DNA of 64,000 nucleotides, from positions 19,137,488 through 19,201,487 of the forward strand of contig CM074520.1 of the NCBI GenBank assembly GCA_037379345.1, in the 5' to 3' direction. Of the stretch, positions 35,105 through 48,270 are shown piece by piece. Below the pieces are notes generated by a model. That model worked only from the letters and a program-made list of their open reading frames with translations. It was not told the DNA's origin and did not search any database. The position numbers and the translations under genes are program-made. Origin of the DNA: Perna viridis. Lineage: Eukaryota. How positions within the stretch are numbered: the first letter of the stretch is position 1; each line of letters opens with the position of its first letter.

Positions 35105-36750
35105 AGTTAATACTTTATAATAAATAAACATGTAATGAACAAAATTTTCAGCCAACCAATGACCTTCATCAGTGCCTTAAACAACCTGAGTGTGTATGAA
35201 AGTAAATGGTAAATGAAAACAACACACTACCTGAAACGTATTAAACTGTCAACAGTAAACATTGTGTTGTAGAGACACGTTTTCGGCTGGTCTTGAACTT
35301 GTGTGAAATGTAACACAAGAACATACATTGATGAGGCCGAGCGTCAACTTTAAGACGACCGTTTTTATATCAAATTAACCACGGACCCTACTAAATCCTT
35401 CGCGGACGAAATAAAAACTGAGTTAAACAAAATGTACGAACACGACCACATTGACATTAAAACTCTTGAATATCACAAACCTGAAAATCCTAAACATGGT
35501 CGATTCTACATTCTTCTCAACATTCATAAAGTCAACGACGAAGGTAGACCTATAGTTTCTGCTAACGGCCATCCTACAGAGTAAATTTAGGATTTTTTTT
35601 ATCTCTATCTATGCTTACACAATGAAAAACTTTCATCATTTATAAAAGATACGACTGACACTACTTACAGAAGATGCAGGCTCTGAATCCTCTTCCACCA
35701 AACACCGCCCTAGTCACTATGGACGTCACATCTCTCTATATCAACATTTCTCACTCTGATGGTATCGAGACTTGTTGGGAAGTATCGGATCCTAGGGAGG
35801 TCAAAGTTCCGACCATTGACTGCTTGGTCACTTTGCTCAGGATGTTTTTAAAAAAGAACAACCTTACTTTTAATGGAGACCATTATTTACAAATAAATGA
35901 AACAGCTATGGGTTCCAAAATGGCTCCATGTTATGCCAACATTTAAATGTGAAAAAAAATGCTTGAACCTCTACAGAAAACCGTTGTCCTCGTATAGGTT
36001 TATTGACATGAATTGGACACTTGACGAAGCAGAACTGAAAAATTGAATCACACCTGCCTACAATCAACACCACTCAATCAAGTTCACTTTCTAAAATGTG
36101 CTACCAGCATCACATTTCTTGATACATCTAGCACTTTGTCAAATTATGAGCAGTCCTATAACTTATGCTCAAAAGCTGTCATCCATCTCCCCTGACTAGG
36201 AGTATAATATTCAGTCAAGTCCAAAGGCTAAGGCACTTAAGTAGCCTGTTACAGCACGTACAAGGCAAAGAAAACATGAAAAAAAAGAACTCCTTGTTTC
36301 TAAAATACTACCCTTGCTTTAAAACAGCCATACTACTGCTTTGTGGGCACTGGGTCTCTATAGAGAAAAACGCTTTGCAAAGTCATTCCTGAACCACCTA
36401 TGACTGCTTTTAGACAGCCATACAGTTTGCGTAGTCTCCTAGTAAGGGCTGAAATATCTAAACCCATCTTAACTCCACACGAGAGTAGATCCAGTGGTGA
36501 CAAAAGGTGTAAATGTTGCAAACAACTGCTCCATTTGTCATTATTCACCAGCACGGTCACGAAGGTACGCTAAAAAAAATATTTTGTAACGTGCGCAGCA
36601 AGAGTGCTAATGTGTTATATGTACTTTCCCAATTGTGGCCTTCCAATATCATAAATATGTTGGTTTTGTTTACAGACTATTTACTTTCCTACACACCCAG
36701 TTTGTTTAAGGCACTAAATTTATTAGGGATTAGTTGACCGAATTTTTTTC
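35105..36750 (+). mobile_element. Canonical Penelope-like element (RT then C-terminal GIY-YIG), 5'-truncated, with an inverted pseudo-LTR at the 5' side
   Basis: [59 protein letters not shown]...SIIFSQ..RL, PPMTAFRQP.SLR.LLVRA, KRCKCC and ANVLYVL. 36680-36715 is the reverse complement of 35171-35207. Confidence 0.88.
35137..35178 (-). ncRNA. Hammerhead ribozyme core (minimal type I, PLE-associated) in an inverted pseudo-LTR
   Basis: Minus strand AGGCA CTGATGA A GGTCA-TTGGT-TGGCT GAAA ATTT TGTT: both catalytic boxes and a 5-bp stem II are present; stem III is rudimentary. Confidence 0.6.
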
Positions 36751-37184
36751 TCAGTATGCTTTCTTATAGGTTTATAACATTTTAATCGATTCCTAGGTAG
36801 ATGGTAGATTATTCGTAGATTTAAAGGTGAGAATACTTGTGATACCAAGACTTGATACCTTCAAGACTCTCGAGTCTACCACTCAGACTTAGTATTTCGA
36901 ATTTTACTTTTTTTATGAGTCTCACTATTTATATTCAAAACAATAACATGAAACGCAATCAGTTGAATCAACTTCTTTGACTTGAACTGAACTACAACTT
37001 CTTGCAGTCCATGGGCACAGACAACCACCGAAATCACATACGTTTTTATTTGTTTGTTTTTTGCTTTTGCTTTTGTTTTTGTGTCTGTTTTGTTTGTTTG
37101 TTTGTTTGTTTATTCTTTTGTTTTTTTTTTGTTGTTGTTTAAACGGGACAACCATTGTGATTAACTATTGATGAACTATTTAAG

Positions 37185-37648
37185 GTTATTCTGGTGGAAG
37201 TTGGTACGATCATTCTAGAGCAGCGGCAGAATACGTCTGTCTACCACCTGACCCAAATTGCTCGAAAACAACTTATTCTGGACAACATAGCAGAATGTAT
37301 GGAGGTGAATTTGGCACAAACTTTTTTGTATCAGATGGAGATAGCAACGATGTCACCTGTTCTGTATGTAGAACTAAGAGTGCTTCAACTGTGCTAATGA
37401 TGCTTGGGAAAAATAAATGCTACAGCGGATTATAAATGGAATATCATGGATATTTAGCTGCCCACGACTACGCAGTTAAATCAGCAGCATCGTATGTTTG
37501 CATGCATATTGAACCTCAATTCATAACTGGGGGAGGTCAAAATCATAATGGCAAACTGTTCCATCCTGTTATTGGTTTCTGTGGAGCTCTTGAATGCCTT
37601 CCTTACATTAACAACTATCCATTAACTTGTGTTGTCTGTTCAAAATAA
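37185..37648 (+). pseudogene. Terminal exon of a 'short-chain collagen C4-like' cysteine-rich gene with one in-frame stop
   Basis: Acceptor tttaag|GT. Single frame GYSGGSWYDH...EYVCLPPDP...MYGGEF...DVTCSVC...CYSGL*MEYHGYL...YVC...NGKLFHPV..CG.L.C.PY....LTCVVCSK*. The TAA at 33 of that block is at 37433-37435. Confidence 0.8.
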
Positions 37649-38711
37649 ATCAGATATTCTATTTGAAATTTCAATTTGAACAATAATTTTGCCGGCAATA
37701 CATTTAAAAGGTAACAGTCATTCTTTCGGTGTTGTTTTTGTTTTATATGTTTGGTTATTTTCTTTTATACTTTTTTGTGTTTAGCTTTGTTTTCGTTTAT
37801 TCCAATTCATTAAAACTACTTTTGAATTCCTCATATGCGTTATTTTAAACTTTAAAAATATATGCTCCCCCCCCCAACCTTTGATATTTAACAAAACATA
37901 TAATGCAAATTGAATAGTTTACCAGAATAATCATTTACGAATACTATTGGATAACTTCTTTTAAGTATATAATAAGTTCATAAGGTCAATTTAACATGTT
38001 TTATTCAGGATAAACTGGTTGTTAATAGGCTTTGACTTTTTTACCTCTTACTTCACTACAATATTTACACAGCAAGTCTTTAAATTCTGAGCCACATCAG
38101 ATAGACTTGTAGCCATTATACTGGATATAAGTCATCATAGGTTCTTTTAGGCAATTTGTGTAAAAGATTAAGAATTTTTAATTTCTATCAGCCTCGTTTG
38201 TCAACAATGGTATACTTGAAATCAAATTGGCTAACACTCTCCATATTCAAAGACAAGTCTGTACCGATTATTTCTATTTTTGTTCTTTAACAATTGCATC
38301 AGAATATTTCAGTGATTAAAGGTTAAACCGTCTCACTGTCTTGCCACAATTCAAATATAGACCTACAAGTCATGTCATTTCACGAGATTTAAATATCGTG
38401 GAAAACGAATTCATCCATTAAGTATTTGCTTACTGATAACATCATAAACCAAGCTCTAAAATGAAGCTTATACTTTAAAATTCTTATGGATTTTGAAGTG
38501 TGATTTGCTAGAAAATCGATAAAAATAGAAACACAGAGACCTTGATTTCCCGCCAGAACGCTTTAAAGCTGTGAAGCTTCAAATGGGAGATCTAAATAAG
38601 TCAAAGTGTGTCAATGTCACACAAATTTTCAAAGATTCCGATGTAGCTAAACATTGTTTACTATACATGAAAACTACACCGCTGTTCAAATACAAAACAA
38701 AACAACATTAT

Positions 38712-39621
38712 GTTGTCGAACCTCGATGTGTCGAACTCGGATAACTCGAACTAATTACAAAGTCCCAGCAAAATTCCCTTTACTCCAGTACAATTTTAGC
38801 TCGGATGACTCGAACTTGGATTAATCGAAACCTCGGATAACTCGAGGTAATCAATCAGTCCCCTCGATCGGACTTCGATGTTAATTAACCCTGATGTCTC
38901 GAAGTCAACTAATTAGTCAGTTAACTGATTGCTTTATTACAAACCATAATGGAAGTGTGTTTTAACAACAATTTGCGTGGCTTTTAAAATTAATGTGTTG
39001 ACACTAATTATGGTTTGATTTTTTTATTTAATTAATTTGAAATTGCGTGTGTTGTTTAAAGACACGAATTTTATTAATAACACGTCGGTATTTACACTAA
39101 CAGTGATGTCGCATATTTTGATATTTTGAAATAAAAAAAATACAGATGAAATGTAATGGTATCTGACTATTTAATGAAACATCAAACAGACGATAGTAAG
39201 GCTATTTCAACGACTACATTCGTTTCGCTAGTGAATTTGAAATTTTATCGTAATATTTTAGAGCACATGGTTTGACTATACTCCTGATTATGAATCAAAC
39301 AAAGCAGCATGTTTATATGAACTATGAAGTTTTTGATATAGAAAACATCTCACTAAAACATTCGGTGCCGTTCAGAATTTCAAAAATGATATACAACATA
39401 CAAAAATATCTTCCTATATGAAACGCATAACATTACGAAGTACCGTGTAAAGTGAGGTACATTTTTGTACATGTACAAGTACAACAAATGATGTAAATAC
39501 AGAAACAATCATGGACCAAACTATTAGTATTTCCGGTTTATTTTCGACCTCGAATTACTCGAATCTCGGATATCATTTTTGCATGGTCCCTTCGACTTCG
39601 ACTTAACGAGGTTCGAATGTA
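38712..39621. mobile_element. pogo/Tigger-like MITE
   Basis: Ends GTCGAACCTCGATGTGTCGAACTCG and CGACTTCGACTTAACGAGGTTCGAATGTA, with multiple subterminal CTCGAA/CTCGGAT repeats. Confidence 0.75.
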
Positions 39622-40419
39622 TGAATATTTAATGTTTTTTAGGTAGAAAAATTCTGGAACACGAATTGTGGTACTACCAAACTCTCTAAGGAAGAATTAG
39701 TTTACAGCCACTAATCCGTACTATCATGTTTTTGTTTCTTTTTTGTATCTAGAAACGAAGACTGGGATCATATGTCTAGTTTTGGATTTTAAAACTTGAA
39801 ATAAATACAATTAACAATGAACATAGCTGAATCTGCAAAATGTACAACACCATTTTTTTCGAAACTAATTAGCAATGTGAAAGTTTAAACGAAACGAAAA
39901 CCATATGAATTAAAACACCTAAGTCCTTTCATAGTTTTTGTCAGCCCTGCTATTATTATCTTCCAAAACGGTAAAATGTTTTACGATATACGGTCTTCAT
40001 TGTCCTTATGCATTCTCATATTGTAAAGGTCTGACGTATGTATGAGCCGATATGTCCGGCTTTGGTAAGGAACTGTGTTTGTCATGGTCCGAAATGTTTT
40101 TGTGTCGAATTGTTCGGTATTAAAAAGCTGATACGTTATTTTCGTAAACATTTGGGCGGCTTGTTTTAGCATCCCTTTCTTGGAAAAAGCTAAAATTCGA
40201 TTTGTATTTAATCATCGAAGTTAGCTGATGTTTCTTGAGTGGAGTGGTTCTCAATTTCATTTACCAAGTATAAGAGAATGAAGCTGACATGATTTTTTTA
40301 AGCTCCAGATTTTACATGCTTAATCGGATATTGATGATTTTTTGTGGCTAAAGTATACTGAAACCAGTTGATAATACGACCATTAACGCTTAGCGCATTA
40401 ACTTTTATCTTAACAGCTA

Positions 40420-40652
40420 TCAAAGAAGGTTTCCATACTTCCAAAGACACAAAGTGGTATCATTTTGATGTGGATCCTGCAAAATTCGAAATATCTACTG
40501 GGAACTCCTAAAGATAGATTGTCAACGGAATATGATAGCATCATAACCAATGATTTTTTAACTGTTTATACAAGTTTTTCCATGCTCAGTTGGACTCAAA
40601 AGCATTATACAAATACAATGCATTTGGCAGAGAACCTTCATACTTTGTAAAA
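40420..40652 (+). mobile_element. Naiad-like RT fragment
   Basis: MWILQNSKYLL, SIITNDFLTVY and GRE.SYFV are colinear with 29030-29320. Confidence 0.75.
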
Positions 40653-41122
40653 AAAACGAACCCAAAACATATTCTAAATATTGTAAAGCAGAATTATTAT
40701 TAGTGAAACAGGAAATGATTATGAGGCCTGCATTCGCAGATGAGATGAAGAAATGCAGTAATGCGAAATTTGTAACATTTAAATATATGTATCAATATTC
40801 GATTCTTCAGAAAATGTACTATTGATGCTTAAATAAGGAGGAACTCAATTGTCTATCTATAGACATCTACAATCACCAGTAATTATTCTTGGCTAAAACA
40901 TATGGGTTCTATTGAGACACCATAGTATTAACTGCAAGTTGTATTATTATATCAGTTCATTCCTTATGAAGCAAACTGACCTACCTTACAATACCTTTTT
41001 TGTTATCTGAAACCTATGTCTATAAGTACATTTTGTTGATTAAGTCCTTATTTCGGCATTGCTTTCTAACCTGAAATTGGCATTAAACATATAAGAATAA
41101 ACTAACAATATAGAATGTATTA

Positions 41123-41188
41123 CTTTTATGCACCTGCGACTAAAATTCTGGGGTGCATTAATTTATTCCTGTCAGTTTGTCCGTTTTT
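41123..41188. mobile_element. Helentron/HINE-like terminal fragment
   Basis: TTTTATGCACC...GGTGCAT hairpin followed by CCTGTCAGTTTGTCCGT. Confidence 0.45.
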
Positions 41189-43040
41189 CAGGATGGAGGT
41201 ACATGTTCTAATGTAGCGGGCCTTTTTTAGTTTGTTCTTGCTAGGGCTAAAAATGAAATAAGGCGTTTTAACACATACTGATTTAAGCTGGGAAAAACGA
41301 TTTGATATTCAAAAACAATTACTAATATCGATATTTCATAGTGTCAATTCGCGGTAATTAAACATTTCTCTAAGAGTCAAACAATGCAAATTGATGTATG
41401 TTTTATTACTTACAAAAAGCCTTCTGTGCTGAAACATGGTTTAAAATCTAGCTTGAACACTTTGCCCAAACACTTTGAACAGTTGCCCAGATATGATGCT
41501 TTAGTATTGTACTGAGAAGTTATTTATTTCAACTAAATGAAGAGGCCTAGATGCATTTATGTTGTAAGAGAAAGCTGTATTCCAAAATCTTGTAGTTCGA
41601 CTGACCTATCTAGAATGCTGACTAAAATACAAATATGGTTGCAACAGCTATTTACGACAACTGTATACGTGTACTTGAATTGAATAACAAAATACATCGG
41701 CAAATACATACAAAATAGTGTTCCCATTAAGTCTAAATACAAATGCATGACCTTTATGAAGCTACTGTGTAACATCCAGACTATTTATCTCTACTTTTTG
41801 ATCAAAGATATAAGATTAATATAAGATGCTTTATCTGATTCTATTTAATCAGACAAAAATGACATTTGATTTTTAAACGCAAAATAAAACTGTCATTACA
41901 AATATAAACCAGTTGTTTAGCCAGTTTTGGTTTACCGAAACTTTTTAACGAACCGTCAAAGTTTACTCGTGATTGTCGTTTTATTTTTTCAAAAAGAGCT
42001 CGATGATTGATAGAGCAAAACGACTGCCGAAGCATCCATGTGTGAATCTTTTTTATTGAAAATTTGGGTGTTAGGGTTTACAGAGATGGGGTAATGTGGT
42101 TTGTTTTTTAAAGAAGACATAACGTTATAAATAGGAATGAAATGTATTGCTTTTACACTGAGTAAGAAATACTAGAAAATTTTCAGTTGAGTTTACAGCT
42201 TTAAATTTAATCACACTGACGAGCGTAAATTTGGAAATCATAATAAAATACACAAAATCATAACTTTTTGTCTTTTGGTGGTATCCGTTGATCTGGCAAT
42301 TTAAAAACTTACTTAAAGTCATGTTCTACAGTTTTGTGTTAAGATTATACTGGTGTGTTTGCTTTATATCAAATTTGGACCTGTCAATAACCCTGTATGG
42401 ATATTGCATAACACTTAACAGAATATGTCCTTACTTAGTACTTAGCAAATAAAACCTTTTTGCTGATCACATACCCATAACATGGAAACATTTAGACAAA
42501 TGGAACCGCAATGCATAAATGCAGCCACATTGTGGAAAACACCTGGTTGCATTATATTTGTCTTTTCAGGAATATTTGCTGCAAGCCATGACGACTTGAC
42601 ATTTCAACCATAAAACCCTATTGTATCAAGACAAACAAGAAGTACGTGGCCTATTTGTCTGGAAAAAAAAAACATTGGTAGACCTGCTTATATTGGCAGA
42701 AATTAAATTAAGTTTAATTGAATTGATACAATATGCCGTCATTTTGATAAGTACATGTAACAGCTTAAAAGTCTTGGATTAGTCACCTTTCATTACTATT
42801 TTTGTGTGTACACTTTTTAGCTTTTGTTTTTTATCATTATTAATTGTTTTGTTTTATTTTTTGTTTTTTTGTTTTGTTTTGTTTTGTTTGCTTTAGTTTA
42901 GTTTTGTTTTTGTTTTTGTTTGGTTTTTTTTAATTGGGAGGGGTGTGGGGAGTACTAATTCTTCCAGTGGAGTGCTTCTCGTGTTTCACCTTACTACTAT
43001 CCCCCTGTATCACAGGCGATATTCTTCTAACCGTTTCCAC

Positions 43041-43260
43041 ATCGAAAGAAATACAATTTACTAAGGTAGATTATCCTAATATTGTCCTTTCATTCTTTCA
43101 CAAAAGTTAGTCCGTAAAGGATTAAGAGAAAAACATAGTACCGATTTTTAACTTTTTCTACCTTGGACAATTTGGTTTTTTTTTATTCCTTTTTAATTAC
43201 TTTCGTTCTTTGAATCGTATCTGTATTCAAACATGTCTTTCACTTACCTTATCCTTTTTT
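43041..43260 (+). repeat. Dispersed direct repeat, copy 1 (copy 2 at 52403-52630)
   Basis: AGAAATACAATTT..AGATTATCCTAATATTGTCC..AGAGAAAAACATAGTACCGAT..TTGGACAATTTGG(T)n..TTCGTTCTTTGAATCGTATCTGTATTCAAACATGTCTTT is present in both copies. Confidence 0.9.
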
Positions 43261-44599
43261 GGGTTTTTTTTGTTTTTTGTTTTTTGTTTTTGTTTTTTTT
43301 TTTGTAATTTTCAATGGAAACAAATAATGCAATAGTTTCCTATTTTATTTATTTATTGTAGAAGGTTGGCTTTTGTTTTCGTAAGGTGTTTACCTAAGGA
43401 AATCTAATATTAAGTACGGCACAAAAATATGTGCCCGATTCAAAAGTTCAGGGAAACTAAAACTAATTACAATTGACAATCACCTATCTGTACTAACATA
43501 GTTCACACATACGCTGACCGAATTTTGTTATTCAGATTAAAAGATATTATGTGCTGGTTTTATGTTGAAGGATTCGTTTAAAGTTTATAATTAAATCAGA
43601 CAAACTCCTTCAAAAGGCATAATAAAAAAGGATGAAAAGTACAAAAATAGTGAAACATTGATAACATATTTTACTGATTGCCATGTTGTCTCAGTAGTAC
43701 ATATATGTATTATTTAAATTGAGACATTGCTTAAGCATTTTTAGTCTACATTTATTTTACAAATATAGCGCCCTCTAGCACCAAACTCCCTTTCAAATGT
43801 TCTTTATATAATCTTGAATTGCCTTACTCAAATCGTTACAAATATCAGCTATATCATGGAAAATTAAACAAAAATAACAGAAAGATCAAATAGATGTTAT
43901 ATCTATTCGACAATATGCTTTCACAAACTGATTTATGGTCACAATTGAACTTTTTCCCTCAATAACATGGTAGGAAATTGACAAACCAATACATTACCAA
44001 CATTATTCGAACATTCAACACACATTCAAAATAAATGGTCAGAGAAGAACCCCATTCTTGACAGATATTGGGCATTCAGACGAAAACAGATCCTATTAAA
44101 ACTGTTGATGTTGTAGTATCAAATTGAAATATCGTAACTTTATCAAAAGTATTATCACAGAAATTATTTGTCTTATCATAAAATTACTGGAAAAGCTTTT
44201 GGAAGTGGAAATGGCATAAAGAAACTCATTAATAGATACATAGTTATATATATGCTAAGAACTTTGACTAGTTGTAATTATAATTATAAACAAGGATCTT
44301 TATCAAATTTTTGTCAATTATAGAACTGAAGCCATTTAACAAAAACAGCTCTTTTTGCCTAAAGACACCAGCAAGGGTCTGTAGTAAAGAGGATACCAAT
44401 AGAACACGTTGAAGAATTAATGTAGTTAACAAGAGTTAATCATCTCTACATATCGACAAAAAAAGATACCGGAGCGTTAGCGGATGAATGATTCAAATAC
44501 GCACGAATAAAAAAAAATATAGCTTAATTTAAACACATGAAACAGATCGATATCTAGTGACGATCTACATACACAATGTAGCGAACCGAATGAAAAAAG

Positions 44600-44716
44600 A
44601 TTACACGCGAAAAACTGAAGACAATGGTAACAAGACGTCACATGAAAACACTACAGCACTTGCCATATGAACTTCCACAAAAAAAGGAGTGACACCAACT
44701 GCTCCGGAAGGGTAAG
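44600..44716 (-). mobile_element. 3' tail of a sister PLE family, truncated
   Basis: Minus strand CTTACCCTTCCGGAGCA...CACTCCTTTTTTTGTGGAAG shares the CTTACCCT core with the Naiad-like tail. Confidence 0.5.
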
Positions 44717-44975
44717 TGTAATCAAGGGAACCCAGATTCCAGCGGAAATCAAAATAATGCAATTCAGGGACAAGGACCAGACAGAAAATAGACAAATATA
44801 ACAAAGAACATAAAATAACCAAAATAATGCAAACAACAAACAACGTAACAAATGTAAATGAGCAATTCTGACTCCTATAAAAACTGGGAGCATTGACCAG
44901 GTGTACCGGTAGGGTAAGCGACCTCTGCTTTTCTAGAAACACCCGCCGAGTTGGTCATAAAAAGTCAAGTTCGGG
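44717..44975 (-). mobile_element. Naiad-like PLE 3' tail
   Basis: Reverse complement of about 29990-30235, including the structured block. Confidence 0.88.
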
Positions 44976-47504
44976 GATGTTCTAGCAACAATAACAATGC
45001 TTACCTCAAGTGTCAAACACTATTCACACTAGGGCGAAATCATTCATTTTAACTAAGTATAATGATGTAAACTGAGTACAAAACATGGCGTTCAGTAAGA
45101 GCTTTGTGAAAGGACATTTCTTTCAACATCGACTGCATATCAAGCAAAAGGATTAATAAAAGTTTTATAATGATCAAACCGACCACAAAACATGTTTTTA
45201 CTGTCATCAACATGTCGTTGACGTTTGGTAATAAGTTTCGTTGTCGAAAAAAAGTTGGAAGGCCATTGTCCGGCCGATGTTTACAGATATCATAATATGT
45301 GTATTCTTATATTGTCTTGCAATAGATGGCATAAATATCGTAGAAAAAGTTCAATCATTTGTTTCTTTGGTAATTTAGACTGACAGAAAACGTGTATACT
45401 GAACTCAAAGTGCATGAATAAACGTAAACCGGCGGTCAAATAAAACAAATAGAACGAAACCGCCATTACAATTTTCTGCTTTTTATGTTTATATCTGTTT
45501 TGTACTTAAATGTTTTGTCATTGTCATCTTTCTTGGTTGAAATTCAACGAGTCGAGCATTTTAAGTCATTTCAAAAATAGTTGTACCCAGTATTTTTTAA
45601 GGCCCAAGCTACTATATTACATCTATTCTAATGGTTCTTAAATAGTATGGGTTCAATGGAAATGGAAAGAAATTGAAAAAGTCTCAGCTAGAATTAGACT
45701 AGGATTATGACTCTTATCAAAAGGTCTAGACTAACTCTTATCAATTTCTAACTTAACCAAAATGTACTAAAGGAGAATAAGCTCTAAGTAATCATACACT
45801 CTTTCAAATACAATCTTTAAACTTACGTAAAATGGAGAAACTTTCTTTTTTAAGTTGCTTTTAATATGTGCTTAAAGAATTAAGGTTTGCGTCTAATTTT
45901 GGCAGAGATAGTATTTCAATTTCATCAAAACTTTTCCTACCTAATAACAACTTTTTAAACAATAAACAGTCATTTGAAATCTTGCTCAGTTTGTATTCAT
46001 AACTTTTTTTTATAGTAAGCATTTTATCAAAACTGATGAACCGAAAGTTTATGTATGTATTTGATGACTTTTTTGTACATTTTGGAATTTGAGTGTAATT
46101 ACTTTCTTTCTTTACAAATCAGTTCAAGCTTCTTTATTAGCAATAAATGGTGGATTTCCATGATAAAGAATAGATGAAATAGTCTGGATGTCAAACAGTC
46201 GCTACATAAAGGTCATTCCATTGTTTTTGGTTTAAAAGTAAGTATTGTTTAATGTCTTGGCCGAATCGGTTTTAAATGAAGCTGCCACTAATTTATCTGG
46301 TCTAGACAATTAGTTCGTATTTATGATTCATCTTTTCAACGCTCAATTGATATGAATCATTTCTGCACAATACTTAATTTTAGATACTGTATGTATACAG
46401 AAAAGATGCAGGGATAGGAACAAATACAACAGTCTTCTACAGTGGTTATGACAACTTGAATAACAGACATAGAATGTCTTTAAAAATTGTTTGAACTGTT
46501 CAATGATTCATGTACTTCACATCTCTTTATGTTTCGATTATTATAGTTTTGATTGTTTCTTCTGTTGACAGTCTGTTAGTGCGCGGGTATTGTCAAGTAG
46601 TCCGACATAGTCGTATGGTACAACATAAATTCTGACGTATGTCTTCAAATCTGAAATAGAGTTGATTTTTTAGCGTGCACTATAATGGTCATATTATATA
46701 TGGAAATTTGCTGTAAAAGGCTCCACAATTTTTTTCAAAAAATTATCTTTTGATTTTCTTTATCTATTTATCCACAATTTTTATTGAATTTGACGGATTA
46801 AATAGTTTCAGATTCAATTGACGTATGACATTTTATTCAATTATTCTTTCAATTTAATGAATAATGACATGAAAAAGTAGTTTGACTAAAAAGTTGGAGG
46901 ACATCACTAATTATTACTGACAGTAACCTGTCTGCACTTAAACAGTTCAAACAAGAATTGACAAACCATAACGAGGTGTTTTTTCTTTATAAAAATATAT
47001 TTCGTTTTCTTTCTATACGATAAAATTCAAACTTTTAAAAAAGAAACTGAAGATATTATGTTTTATGTGTGAAATACTTATTTCATATCAGTCTAAGATT
47101 ATGACGATGCTATAATGATGATTTTAATAAAATCCGAACATACCATTGTTATCAAAGCTAATCAGACAGTATTCTTGCCCTACACACCCAACAATGACAA
47201 ACCACTTGTTAAACCATAGTTTTGTTAAATTAAAATTAAGAAAGACAAAATTTACAATTAAAAAGATCAGCCCATTTTTCATTCGGTTTTGATTTTATAC
47301 GTCCTGTATCTTCATTTTGTATACATGTGGTGTGGTGCTGAATATGTATGGATCAGAAAAAGGTGAAATCAGTTGTCTCTATAATAAAGAATTAATTCAT
47401 TAAAAATCATTTATCGTCAACATAAGGATTTTTTAGATAAAACATTATATATATTACGAAAGCTGAACCTAAAGGACTGGGCTGGTCAATTCTCATATGT
47501 GTGA

Positions 47505-48270
47505 AAGAGTAATCAATGGAACCAAGGTTATAGCGGTAATTAAAAGAATATAATCCAGGGACAAAGACCAGACATGGAAAACAGACATACACAACAAAGA
47601 ACATAGAGTAACTAAAACCATACATACAAAGTAACAAAAACATTTGGGCAACTTGGACTCCACTAAAAACTGGGAGCATGGACTAAGTGCACCGGTAGGG
47701 TAAGCGTCCTCTGCTTTTCTAAAAACACCCGCCGAGTTGCTCATAAAAAGTCAAGTCTGGGGTAGACGAAAAAGGAAAGGAGAACTATGACACGTTGAAC
47801 AAATCAGTTTTCATGGCGCAAATGGATAAACCGTAACGATCTATGAGTTCATGATGACGGCCATAAAACTTTTGTAGTGATGACTTCAATCTTGAAGCAA
47901 CATAACCTTTGTGAAATCCTCTGTTTATACAAAAAACATATAACAGATCAATCAAAATTTGTACACAGGTTGTTCCCATGGGTATTCAAATGATCTGTTG
48001 GAATACCTGTCATTCAAATTCAATAAAAATATTGTCGACCAGAAACATTTCAACAACTTCAGTTTAGAGTTCTTTATGTTAGCTTCAGCTTAGTTTTTCA
48101 TAAATATGCTTTTTTTTTCCTAACTAGATAAGCTTAAATTTTCTTCCTCTGTTTTATACAGAAAAATTGGTAAATAAGATCACACAAAAGTTAAATTTGA
48201 TTGTCATGTTAAAGTGTTGTGTACATGGTGGAAAAATCAAAAATTTTATGTATTGTACCAAAGACTCAGG
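47505..48270 (-). mobile_element. Naiad-like 3' end joined to a diverged RT fragment
   Basis: Tail and C-terminal peptide RLKSSLQKFYGRHHELIDRYGLSICAMKTDLFNVS* (47505-47915). Upstream: FDFSTMYTTL, FLVDNIF and IPMGTTC. Confidence 0.85.
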
